A stretch of 20,000 nucleotides of DNA from an uncultured virus (IMG/VR IMGVR_UViG_3300009503_000955) (Duplodnaviria > Heunggongvirae > Uroviricota > Caudoviricetes): the IMG/VR virus record IMGVR_UViG_3300009503_000955; one strand, given 5' to 3'. Position numbers and translations under genes: made by a program. This document shows, one piece after another, positions 7,943 to 16,574 of this stretch; position 1 is the first letter of the stretch; every line of letters begins with the position of its first letter. The notes beneath the pieces are model-generated. The model saw nothing but the letters and a program-made list of their open reading frames with translations. It was not told the DNA's origin and searched no databases.

Positions 7943-7981
7943 AACTTTTTGCAACTTTGGAGCATCTAAATATATAGAAAG
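7940..7981 (+). promoter_or_regulatory. Putative ECF-sigma-type promoter, copy 3, upstream of the helicase gene
   Basis: 7935-7981 is identical over 47 bp to 5265-5311, followed immediately by an AAAGGA RBS and ATG 7988. Confidence 0.65.
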
Positions 7982-7987
7982 GATAGA

Positions 7988-9730
7988 ATGGATTATAAAT
8001 TACACTTAACTTATGATGATAAAAATCAAAATGTATGTGTTAAATTTCCCTATGAGATGAAAGAAGAATTACAGCATATACCTAAAGTTTATGATAGAAA
8101 AAATTTTAGGTATATACTTTCAAATGAATTCGATATTCCTATATTACTCAAATTATTTAAAGAAAATGAAATTCGTAAAGATGATTCTTTCGAAAATTTC
8201 TACAATAATCATTTTTTACCAAATTTAAGAAAAATATTTCTAATACAGAGTGGACAAGGAAAAAATATAATAAATAGAGAATTATTAGAAAAATCTGGAT
8301 TGAAAGATTATAATTTAGTACGGGATTATCAACTCACCGCAATTACATTTGCTTATTACAGAAAAAAAGTTCTTATCGCAGATGAAATGGGATTAGGAAA
8401 ATGTCTTACGTCTTTAGCAGTTACTTTACTTGCCAAGAATGATAAATCTTGCAAATCAGTATTAATCGTTTGTCCGAACTCAACAAAAAAATCGGTTTGG
8501 GAAAAAGAAATAAAAAAGTGGACAAATGAAAGTCATATCATATACGAATCGTCAAAAAAGATGGATTTAACACAACTTCTACACGAAAATTTTTATACTA
8601 TAATTAATTATGAAGCTATAAGAAAAGTATATAATGATATATTATCTAATAAAATTAACGATTTATTTCTTATAGTAGATGAATGTCATTTTGTTAAAAA
8701 TAGAAAAGCATTACAAACAGGAGCAATAAAAAGTTTAAGTAGTATTAGTAATTATCTACTTTTACTATCGGGTACTCCTATTTTAAATGCAGTAGATGAT
8801 TTATGGAGTATTATGGATTGCATAAACACAAATTTATTAGGAAAATATTGGGATTTTGTTAATAGGTACTGTATACTTAAGGAAAAGCGTGTAGGCCCCG
8901 GGATAACGATTAATCGAGTTGTTGGTGATAAAAACATGAATGAATTAAAAGAAAGAATGGCTCCTTATTATATAAGACGAACAAAAGATGAAGTATTAAA
9001 AGAATTACCTGAAAAAATTTACAAAACATATACAGTAGATTTATATCCAAAGCAAAGAGAAATTTGGAAATATATAACAAGTAATTTTGAAACTAAAATA
9101 AATAATAAAGAAATTAAAGTAGATAAAAATTCTATAAAAAATATATTAATAAAATTACTTCAACTTTGTGATACAACATACGGGTTTTGTGATGATGAAG
9201 TATCTTCAAAATTAGACTTATGTATAGAAATTATAAAAGAAATAATGTCTGAACACAAAATTGTAGTATTTACTTGGTTTGTAAATACGGCAAGGGTTCT
9301 AAAAAAACGATTAGATCAAGAAAGAATAGAATGTGTCCAGATTGATGGAGAAACTTCAATAGAAGATAGATCTAAATATGTTAAAAAATTTCAAGAAGAT
9401 GAGAATTGCAGGGTTTTTATATCTACTATATCTACAAGTGGATTAGGATTAGATTTATATAGTGCCGATGTTTGTATTTTTGTATCAAGATCATGGACAC
9501 CTAAAGTTAATGAACAAGCGGAAGATAGAGTACATAGATTAGGACAAAAAAAAGCAGTAAATATTATAAATATAGTAACAAATACTTATGTAGAAGAAAA
9601 AATGCTAGAAGTTTTAGAAAAGAAAGAAGATTTATTTCAAAGAATATTTGAAGAAGGTATTGATGGTATTAAATCTTTACTTAGTATAAAAAAAGGAGGT
9701 GAAGATGTATCTGATAAACGTATCTCCTAA
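7988..9730 (+). CDS. SNF2-family (SF2) DEAD/DEAH-box helicase/translocase
   Basis: RDYQ, IADEMGLGKC, LIVCP, IVDECH, LLSGTP, GLGLDL, QAEDRVHRLGQ. Confidence 0.93.
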   Translation: MDYKLHLTYDDKNQNVCVKFPYEMKEELQHIPKVYDRKNFRYILSNEFDIPILLKLFKENEIRKDDSFENFYNNHFLPNLRKIFLIQSGQGKNIINRELLEKSGLKDYNLVRDYQLTAITFAYYRKKVLIADEMGLGKCLTSLAVTLLAKNDKSCKSVLIVCPNSTKKSVWEKEIKKWTNESHIIYESSKKMDLTQLLHENFYTIINYEAIRKVYNDILSNKINDLFLIVDECHFVKNRKALQTGAIKSLSSISNYLLLLSGTPILNAVDDLWSIMDCINTNLLGKYWDFVNRYCILKEKRVGPGITINRVVGDKNMNELKERMAPYYIRRTKDEVLKELPEKIYKTYTVDLYPKQREIWKYITSNFETKINNKEIKVDKNSIKNILIKLLQLCDTTYGFCDDEVSSKLDLCIEIIKEIMSEHKIVVFTWFVNTARVLKKRLDQERIECVQIDGETSIEDRSKYVKKFQEDENCRVFISTISTSGLGLDLYSADVCIFVSRSWTPKVNEQAEDRVHRLGQKKAVNIINIVTNTYVEEKMLEVLEKKEDLFQRIFEEGIDGIKSLLSIKKGGEDVSDKRIS

Positions 9731-10178
9731 AAAGGAAGATAAAATAAAAGAAATTATAAAGAATATTTTTGGTAATGATGTTGAAGTATATATTCCGAAA
9801 GTAGTAGAAGAAGATAAAGGTAAAATAAAAGAAAGAAAAGTATCTCCTGGAAACATATTTATAAATACATCATTGCCATTAGATGAAGGAGAGTATTTTT
9901 ATAAATTGAAAAATATAAAAGGTATATATAGAATAACGAAATTACATCAAAGAGATACGGAGCAGTTTTCTAATTTTAAAATGAATATGGAAAAACGTAA
10001 AGAAGATAATATTTCAGAATTTAAAATAGGTGATACTGTAGAAGTAGTATTTGGCCCTTTTCTAGGTTATAAAGGGAAAATAGTAAGTGTTAATAAAAAT
10101 ACATTAAAAGTTTCTATGAATGTGTTTGGTAGAGATACAGATGTTGAATTATCTAAAGAATATGTTAGTATTATATAA
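9705..10178 (+). CDS. nusG: NusG-family transcription elongation/antitermination factor (NGN + KOW)
   Basis: N-terminal YLINV...VYIP...ERKVSPGNIFI. C-terminal KOW FKIGDTVEVVFGPFLGYKGKI...VSMNVFGRDTDVEL. AGGAGG RBS; GTG 9699 is an alternative start. Confidence 0.88.
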   Translation: MYLINVSPKKEDKIKEIIKNIFGNDVEVYIPKVVEEDKGKIKERKVSPGNIFINTSLPLDEGEYFYKLKNIKGIYRITKLHQRDTEQFSNFKMNMEKRKEDNISEFKIGDTVEVVFGPFLGYKGKIVSVNKNTLKVSMNVFGRDTDVELSKEYVSII

Positions 10179-10193
10179 ATGATAAGGAGATAA

Positions 10194-11126
10194 ATGATAA
10201 AAGCGTTTCCTAAAATATTTACAATAGGACAGGACTATATTGCAGATATTTTTAAAGATGAAGTTGAAGTAACAGAAAAAATTGATGGATCACAATTTGT
10301 TTTTGGCAAGATCAATAATGAATTATATCTTAGAAGTAAAGGTGCTCAACTATATATAGAAAATCCTCAAAACATGTTTAAAGAAGGTATAGATTATGTT
10401 GTAAGTATTCAAGATAAAATTCCAGATAATACTGTTTTCTATTGTGAATACTTACAAAATCCTAAACATAATATATTAAAATATAATCGTATTCCTAAAA
10501 ACCATCTAATTTTATTTGGAGCATCTGATATAACTGGAACTAAGTTTATTAATGAATATAGTAAACTTAAAGAATACAGTATGATTCTTGATATAGATGT
10601 AGTTCCTTTGTTATATCATGGAAAAATAGATAATATTGATAAAATAAAAGAATTATGTGAATTAGAAAGTATATTAGGCGGAGTAAAAATTGAAGGTATT
10701 GTAGTAAAAAACTATTACAGAAAGTTTTTATTAGGAGGACAACCAATTCCTATTATGATGGGTAAATATGTTTCAGAAAAATTTAAAGAAGTTCATAGAG
10801 ATAGATGGGGAAAAGAATTTACATCAAAAGGAAAATGGGAACAGTTTAAAGAAAGTTTTAGAACAGAGGCAAGGTGGTTGAAAGCAATACAACATTTAAA
10901 AGAAAAGAACAAATTAGAGAATTCCCCCAGAGATATTGGAAAAATTATAAAAGAAATATATAATGATATTAAAGAAGAAGAACAAGAAACAATTAAAAAG
11001 TTTTTATGGGAACAGTTTGGTGAAGAAATATTAAGATATTCTGTAAAAGGGTTTGCAGAATTTTATAAAGAATATCTAATGAAAAAAACGTTTGAAGGTA
11101 ATAATGAAAACAAAAAAATTGAATAG
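10194..11126 (+). CDS. ATP-dependent RNA ligase-like nucleotidyltransferase (Rnl2-type)
   Basis: Motif I VTEKIDGS, FYCEY, VPLLYHG, motif IV EGIVVK, followed by GKYVSEKFKE. Confidence 0.8.
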   Translation: MIKAFPKIFTIGQDYIADIFKDEVEVTEKIDGSQFVFGKINNELYLRSKGAQLYIENPQNMFKEGIDYVVSIQDKIPDNTVFYCEYLQNPKHNILKYNRIPKNHLILFGASDITGTKFINEYSKLKEYSMILDIDVVPLLYHGKIDNIDKIKELCELESILGGVKIEGIVVKNYYRKFLLGGQPIPIMMGKYVSEKFKEVHRDRWGKEFTSKGKWEQFKESFRTEARWLKAIQHLKEKNKLENSPRDIGKIIKEIYNDIKEEEQETIKKFLWEQFGEEILRYSVKGFAEFYKEYLMKKTFEGNNENKKIE

Positions 11127-11234
11127 TTTTCCACAAGTTTTCCACAACTTTTGCACAGTTAGATTTTTACGAATATATCTGACTAAATTTTTAAGAGTTT
11201 TCCACAAGTTTTCCACAACTTTTGCACAGTTAGA
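11125..11234 (+). repeat. 39-bp perfect direct repeat, two copies
   Basis: agttttccacaagttttccacaacttttgcacagttaga at 11125-11163 and 11196-11234. Confidence 0.95.
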
Positions 11235-11264
11235 ATTAATTAAGTTTTGCACAAGTTATTCACA
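11127..11264 (+). promoter_or_regulatory. Array of eight co-oriented DnaA boxes (TTWTNCACA); putative replication origin
   Basis: Boxes start at 11127, 11138, 11149, 11198, 11209, 11220, 11245 and 11256 (TTTTCCACA x4, TTTTGCACA x3, TTATTCACA x1), spaced 11 bp apart within clusters. Confidence 0.82.
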
Positions 11265-11288
11265 AGTTTTTTATAAAATCGTCCGGCT

Positions 11289-11327
11289 ATTCTCTCTTAA
11301 GAATGTATTTTATTATTAAGAGAGAAT
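11289..11327. repeat. 12-bp perfect inverted repeat with 15-nt spacer
   Basis: attctctcttaa (11289-11300) and ttaagagagaat (11316-11327). Confidence 0.9.
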
Positions 11328-11361
11328 TCTAAGTATAATAAATATACTAGAATACTAGAAA

Positions 11362-11398
11362 TTTCTTTATAAATATAAAAAACATATTTATAAAGAAA
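11362..11398. repeat. 15-bp perfect AT-rich inverted repeat with 7-nt spacer
   Basis: tttctttataaatat (11362-11376) and atatttataaagaaa (11384-11398). Confidence 0.9.
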
Positions 11399-11454
11399 CA
11401 TCCGGATACTTACAAAAATGAAAGTAAAAAAGGAAAAAAACAAAGGAGGTAAAA

Positions 11455-12156
11455 ATGGAAAAATATTTTATATTTTATAAAGGTTATTTAGATGGTAAAA
11501 CTTGTAGAGAGATGTTGGGTCAGGATATGGTTGTTTATTTATATTTATATTATAATTCCAGCATAAATAAAGATAATCATTATGTTATAGATATTAATAT
11601 AGAAGAAATATCAAAAGATTTATTAATTGAAGAAGAAGCTGTAGCAAAAAGTATATCAAGATTAGAATCTTTAGGGGTAATAAGAAAAGAAGAAAATGGT
11701 AAATATATTTTAGGGCATAGAGTAAAATCTGGAAGGCATTATAAAAAGGTTCTTTATTTAGCAAATACAAATAATCTTAATCCTGTTTTGGAAAATGCTG
11801 CTACTGATGAAGATGTAGATGAATTTTTTAAATATTTTAAAGAGAGTTTTAAATCTTATTATCATAAAGAATATGAGGGTATTTCTTTGTATTCTAGTAA
11901 TGAAAGAAAAATTGCAAGTAATTTTTTAAATAAACTGAAAAAAAAGAATATAGATTATAAAAAGTATATAGATTATATATTTCGTGAAATAGCTCCTTAT
12001 TTTGAAAAGAAAAAAGGAGATCCTGTAACGCATCGTACTTTATATTCAGAATATTTTTTTACTAATTATGTAGTTTGTAGACTTAAAGAAGATAATAATG
12101 GTTATGTAGGAGATCCTTCTATATATAAAATAAAACCTCATCTTAGTGTTGAATAA
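11455..12156 (+). CDS. Putative replication initiator/replisome organiser with N-terminal winged HTH
   Basis: VVYLYL...IEEISKDLLIEEEAVAKSISRLESLGVIRK is a wHTH-like pattern. The gene sits between the origin-like region and the helicase loader. Confidence 0.65.
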   Translation: MEKYFIFYKGYLDGKTCREMLGQDMVVYLYLYYNSSINKDNHYVIDINIEEISKDLLIEEEAVAKSISRLESLGVIRKEENGKYILGHRVKSGRHYKKVLYLANTNNLNPVLENAATDEDVDEFFKYFKESFKSYYHKEYEGISLYSSNERKIASNFLNKLKKKNIDYKKYIDYIFREIAPYFEKKKGDPVTHRTLYSEYFFTNYVVCRLKEDNNGYVGDPSIYKIKPHLSVE

Positions 12157-12170
12157 AAGAGGAAAAATAA

Positions 12171-12866
12171 ATGGAAAATATTAATTGTATCAGGTGTGGT
12201 GGAACAGGATTAGCTAAGATACCAGATGATAATTATATTGATGGTTTTCGTTATGAAAAGTGCGGATGTAAATATAAATATGAAGCTATGAATATTCCAC
12301 GTATTTTTCTAGATGCTACTTTTTCTATTGTAGAAGAAAAAAAGTTAGTTAAATTTGCAGAAGAATATATTAACAATTTTGAATTGTATAAAAGCAAAGG
12401 TATATTTTTCTATGGTACTTCAGGAACAGGAAAAACTTGTTTATCTTGTTGTATAATGAAAGAATTAAGTAGAAGAAAAGGTATAAGATGTTTTTATATT
12501 TCGGCATTAGATTTAATAGAAAGATTTAATAATATTAATCTTTATAATGATGAAGATAAAGAATTTACTAACAGATTAATTAAAAAAATTAGAAAAGTAG
12601 AATTTTTGGTATTAGATGAAATTAATTCAGAAAAATCTAGTGAATTTAGTAGTTTTTTTCATATATTAGTAGATTATAGATATAGATGTAATTTACCTTC
12701 TATTTATATATCTAATCTTAGTTTAGAAAATTTTCGTGAAAGTTTTAAAGATGATATGGTTGCTGAACAAATAATTTCCCGTATTATGCAGATTTGTTAT
12801 GTGATAAATACAGGTAGTAAAAATTTTAGAATAAAATTATTCGATAGTGGTAAGAAAAATGAATAA
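12171..12866 (+). CDS. DnaC/IstB-like AAA+ helicase loader with N-terminal Zn-binding motif
   Basis: CxxCxGxG...CxC, IPRIFLDATF, Walker A GTSGTGKT, Walker B FLVLDE, IYISNL, IISRI. Confidence 0.88.
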   Translation: MENINCIRCGGTGLAKIPDDNYIDGFRYEKCGCKYKYEAMNIPRIFLDATFSIVEEKKLVKFAEEYINNFELYKSKGIFFYGTSGTGKTCLSCCIMKELSRRKGIRCFYISALDLIERFNNINLYNDEDKEFTNRLIKKIRKVEFLVLDEINSEKSSEFSSFFHILVDYRYRCNLPSIYISNLSLENFRESFKDDMVAEQIISRIMQICYVINTGSKNFRIKLFDSGKKNE

Positions 12867-14208
12867 TACTATAAAATTAGAAGAAAATCTTTTATATTTA
12901 TGTTTAACAGATATAAAAATTCTATCTGAAAATATAAGTAGAATAAATGAAGATTTTTTTTCAGAAGATTATAAATGGATTTGGATATATCTTAAAAAAT
13001 GTTTTACAAATTATGGTACTTTATTAAATGAAAATATAATAGAAGATTTTGCAAGAGAAGAAAATAGAAGTGAAAAAGATATAGAAAAGTTTAAAACTAT
13101 TTATACTTTTCTTTTAACATGTTCTATTACACCAGACTATATACATTATTTAATAGAAGAATTAAATAGAGTTTCTTTATTTAAAAAAGTAATTACAATT
13201 ACAAATGATTCTTTAAATAGATTTAAAGAAGGAAAGCATTCTACTGCAGTAGATGTTCTTTTTAGTGGATTACTTTCTCTTTTTAGTAATAGCGATTTGT
13301 ATTTATCCAGAGGAGAATATATTGAAAGTTTTAATGAAAGAAAAAAAGAATTAGAAGAAAAAATAGAAAATAGTGAAAAAAGTTATGGTGTATTGACTGG
13401 TATTTCTAAATTAGATGAAATAACAAGAGGTTTATTTCCAGGTGAATTAGGATTGGTTATGGGAAAGACAAGTATAGGAAAAAGTATGCTTGTTTTGCAT
13501 TTTGCTAGAAATGCATTTTGGAATGGGAAAAAAGTTTTGTATATAGTAGAAGAAATGCCTTTAAGACAAGTATTTATGAGAATTGATGCTGCTTTTTCTG
13601 GAATAGAGTATTTTAAATTTAAGAGTGGAACAATTCTTCCTTTTGAAAAAGAAAAATGGGAAATGAGAATAAAAGAATTAGAAAATTTATATCAAGTTGG
13701 GTCTAGGTTATATGTAGTTCATATGCCAGTAGGATGTACTGTTGAAGCAATAAAAAGGGAAATAGAATATATAAGGATATGTAAAAAGGAAACTATTGAT
13801 TTACTTATTGTAGATGATTTGGATATGATGGAGTATCCAAAACAGTTGTCTGAGGAGCAGGGTCAAGCAAGAAATGCTAGAGGTTTAAAAGGTATAGCGG
13901 GGGAATATAATATTCCAGTATGGTTTACTACTCAAATTACTACAAAAGCATATAAAAAAGAGATGTTGGATAGTGAGGATGTTGGATGGAGTAGAAGGAA
14001 AATACATGTTGCGGATTTTGTTATAGGATTAGTACAAACCGAAGTATCTGATATAAATGAAGAAATTGATAGAACTAGTGATTTAAATAAAATATTATCT
14101 TTACAAATAATAAAATTTAGAGATGGGGAAATAAATAAAACAATTCAATTAAGTCCAGATTTAAGTAAATGTTTAATAAATGTAGAAACAGCAATAGTAG
14201 AGGAATAA
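12859..14208 (+). CDS. dnaB: DnaB-like replicative helicase
   Basis: TGISKLDEITRGLFPGEL, Walker A GKTSIGKS, EEMP, LLIVDD, LKGIAGEYNIPVWFTTQ, ADFVI, KFRDG. Start moved to ATG 12859. Confidence 0.92.
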   Translation: MNNTIKLEENLLYLCLTDIKILSENISRINEDFFSEDYKWIWIYLKKCFTNYGTLLNENIIEDFAREENRSEKDIEKFKTIYTFLLTCSITPDYIHYLIEELNRVSLFKKVITITNDSLNRFKEGKHSTAVDVLFSGLLSLFSNSDLYLSRGEYIESFNERKKELEEKIENSEKSYGVLTGISKLDEITRGLFPGELGLVMGKTSIGKSMLVLHFARNAFWNGKKVLYIVEEMPLRQVFMRIDAAFSGIEYFKFKSGTILPFEKEKWEMRIKELENLYQVGSRLYVVHMPVGCTVEAIKREIEYIRICKKETIDLLIVDDLDMMEYPKQLSEEQGQARNARGLKGIAGEYNIPVWFTTQITTKAYKKEMLDSEDVGWSRRKIHVADFVIGLVQTEVSDINEEIDRTSDLNKILSLQIIKFRDGEINKTIQLSPDLSKCLINVETAIVEE

Positions 14209-14210
14209 AT

Positions 14211-16574
14211 ATGGAAAATAGATTATTTAATGTAAATTATTGTCAACAATGTACTTTAAAAGGAAATTCTAAAGTTTTAGGAGAAGGAAATCTTAATAGT
14301 GAAATTATGATTATAGGAGAAGCTCCTGGTGAAACTGAAGTAACTCTTAAACGTCCTTTTGTAGGTAGGTCTGGACAACTTTTAACTGAAACTTTAAAAA
14401 AAGTAGGCATTGATAGAAGTATGTGTTATATAACTAATGCAGTATTGTGTCATCCTTTGCAAAATAGAACACCTACAAAAGAAGAAATAAATAATTGTAG
14501 AGAAAGGTTAGTAAGAACAATTACAAAAGTACAACCTAAAATTATAATATCACTGGGAGGATGTGCTTTGTATTCTATTTTGAAAAAGAATGTTAGTATA
14601 GAAAAAATGAGGGGAAAAGTTGTGCATTCAGATGAATTTAAATGTGGTGTTATTTTTACATATCATCCAGCAGCAGTTTTGCGAGATCCTTATAAGTATA
14701 AACCTTTTTATGAAGATTTATCTCTTGTATCAAAAGTATTAAATGAAAGTTATAAAAGTCAAGTAGATGAAAAAAATTATATTGTGTTAGATGATATAAG
14801 TAAAGTTATGTGTTTATTTAATGATATTGTAAAAGAGAAAGAAGTTGCTATAGATATAGAAACTACAGGATTAGACCCTTGGAAAGATAAGATTGTTAGT
14901 ATAGCATTTTCTTATAAAAAAGGAGAAGCTTTTTGGTTGCCTACATACTTTTATGAAAGAAGAAAATTTTGGAACGAGTTAGAGTGGAAGGATATTGTAG
15001 ATGCAATGAAGGAAATTTTTAATAAAGGTGATATTAAGTTTATAGTACATAATGAATCTTTTGAATATAAATTCTTGAAAGTTCAATTAGATATAGAATT
15101 AAATTCTTATTTTGATACTCTATTAGCACATCATTTATTAGATGAAAATAGTTCACATGTATTGAAAATTTTAGCTGTTAGGTATCCAGATGTATTTGGT
15201 TATAATGATAATATTATATATGAGAATATACATCAATTACCTGTAGATTTATTATCTAAATATAATTGTACTGATGCTGATGTAACTTACAGATTATATA
15301 AAGAATTTGAAGAAGATTTGAAAAAAGAGGAATTAACAGATTTATTTTATAATGTAGTAATGCCTGTAAGGAAAGTTTTGACAAAGATGGAATTGAAAGG
15401 TGTAAAAATAGATGAAGAATATTTGAATAAGTTAGAAGTAAGTTGGAAAGATAAAATAAAACAAATAGAAGAAGAAATATATACAAAAGTAGGAAAAGAA
15501 TTAAATTTAAATTCTACGCAACAGTTATCTAAACTTCTTTTTAATGATTTAGGTTTTGATATTATTAAAAAAACAAATAAAGGGAATATATCTGTAGATA
15601 ATGAAGTAATTTCTAAGCTTTCAGAGAAAAGTGATGTTGCTAAGTTAGTTGTAATGTATAGAAAATTACAAAAATTATTAACAACTTATGTAATAGGAAT
15701 GAGAAGGAAAATTAATACAGTTACTAATTTAATTCATACTGAATATTTAATGCATGGAACAGTAAGTGGTAGAGTATCATCAAGAAATCCTAATTTACAA
15801 AATATACCTCGTGGAGAAGATGAATATAGTAGTGATATTAAAAAATGTTTTATTCCAAGAGAAGCTGGCTGGAGAATAATAGAATTTGATTATAAACAAC
15901 TAGAATATAGAGTATTACTTGCTTATGTAAAAGATAAGAAAATGATAGAAAATATAAAAAATGGATTAGATATTCATAAATATGTTGCTTCTGAAATATT
16001 TAAAAAGAAGTTAGATGATGTTACAGATAAAGAAAGAAGTGTCGCTAAAACAATAGTGTTTGGATTAATATATGGTATGGGTAGAAAAACTCTTGCAAAA
16101 GAATTAAATTTAAGTGATGAAGAAGCTGATGATATTATGAAAAGATTTTTTAGTATGCATAAATCAATAAAGAAATGGATGGACTATGTAATAGCTCAAT
16201 TGAGGGATAAGAAATATGTTAAAAGTTTATTAAATAGAAGAAGAAGACTTTTATCTATAGATAGTATTGATGAAAATATAATAGTAAGAACAGAAAGACA
16301 AGCAGTTAATTTTCCTGTTCAATCTTTAGCAGCAGATTTAACTTTTGTTGCTTTAGTAAAAATATATAATAGGTTTAAAGAATTGAATTTAAAAGCATTT
16401 CCAATTATAATAGTACACGATTCCATTATAGTAGAAGCTCCTGAAAATGAGATAGATGTAGTTGTTTCAGAAGTAAAAAATATAATGAAATGTCCTTTAG
16501 GTAGTAATTTTGTACTTGGTAATTATGTTCCTTTAGATGTAGATGTAAAAATTGGAAAAAGGTGGGGTGAATAA
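14211..16574 (+). CDS. polA: Family A DNA polymerase with 3'-5' exonuclease and N-terminal family-4 uracil-DNA glycosylase domain
   Basis: UDG4: CQQC, GEAPG, PFVGRSG, TNAVLCHP..NRTP, YHPAAVLR. Exonuclease: DIETTG, HNESFE, YNCTD. Polymerase: SGRVSSRNPNLQNIP, DYKQLEYR, RSVAKTIVFGLIYG, VHDS. Start moved to ATG 14211. Confidence 0.95.
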   Translation: MENRLFNVNYCQQCTLKGNSKVLGEGNLNSEIMIIGEAPGETEVTLKRPFVGRSGQLLTETLKKVGIDRSMCYITNAVLCHPLQNRTPTKEEINNCRERLVRTITKVQPKIIISLGGCALYSILKKNVSIEKMRGKVVHSDEFKCGVIFTYHPAAVLRDPYKYKPFYEDLSLVSKVLNESYKSQVDEKNYIVLDDISKVMCLFNDIVKEKEVAIDIETTGLDPWKDKIVSIAFSYKKGEAFWLPTYFYERRKFWNELEWKDIVDAMKEIFNKGDIKFIVHNESFEYKFLKVQLDIELNSYFDTLLAHHLLDENSSHVLKILAVRYPDVFGYNDNIIYENIHQLPVDLLSKYNCTDADVTYRLYKEFEEDLKKEELTDLFYNVVMPVRKVLTKMELKGVKIDEEYLNKLEVSWKDKIKQIEEEIYTKVGKELNLNSTQQLSKLLFNDLGFDIIKKTNKGNISVDNEVISKLSEKSDVAKLVVMYRKLQKLLTTYVIGMRRKINTVTNLIHTEYLMHGTVSGRVSSRNPNLQNIPRGEDEYSSDIKKCFIPREAGWRIIEFDYKQLEYRVLLAYVKDKKMIENIKNGLDIHKYVASEIFKKKLDDVTDKERSVAKTIVFGLIYGMGRKTLAKELNLSDEEADDIMKRFFSMHKSIKKWMDYVIAQLRDKKYVKSLLNRRRRLLSIDSIDENIIVRTERQAVNFPVQSLAADLTFVALVKIYNRFKELNLKAFPIIIVHDSIIVEAPENEIDVVVSEVKNIMKCPLGSNFVLGNYVPLDVDVKIGKRWGE

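Noticed and set aside
8375..8420. Intein at the SNF2 Walker A (GLGK-CL resembles an intein start)
   Set aside because: The helicase sequence continues directly to motif Ia with no insertion or HN terminus; this is just a T-to-C variant.
11125..11264. CRISPR array
   Set aside because: Only two long copies, themselves built of 11-bp DnaA-box units; no series of unique spacers and no cas genes.
11092..11319. 75-aa ORF from the ORF track
   Set aside because: It overlaps the ligase end and simply translates the DnaA-box repeats.
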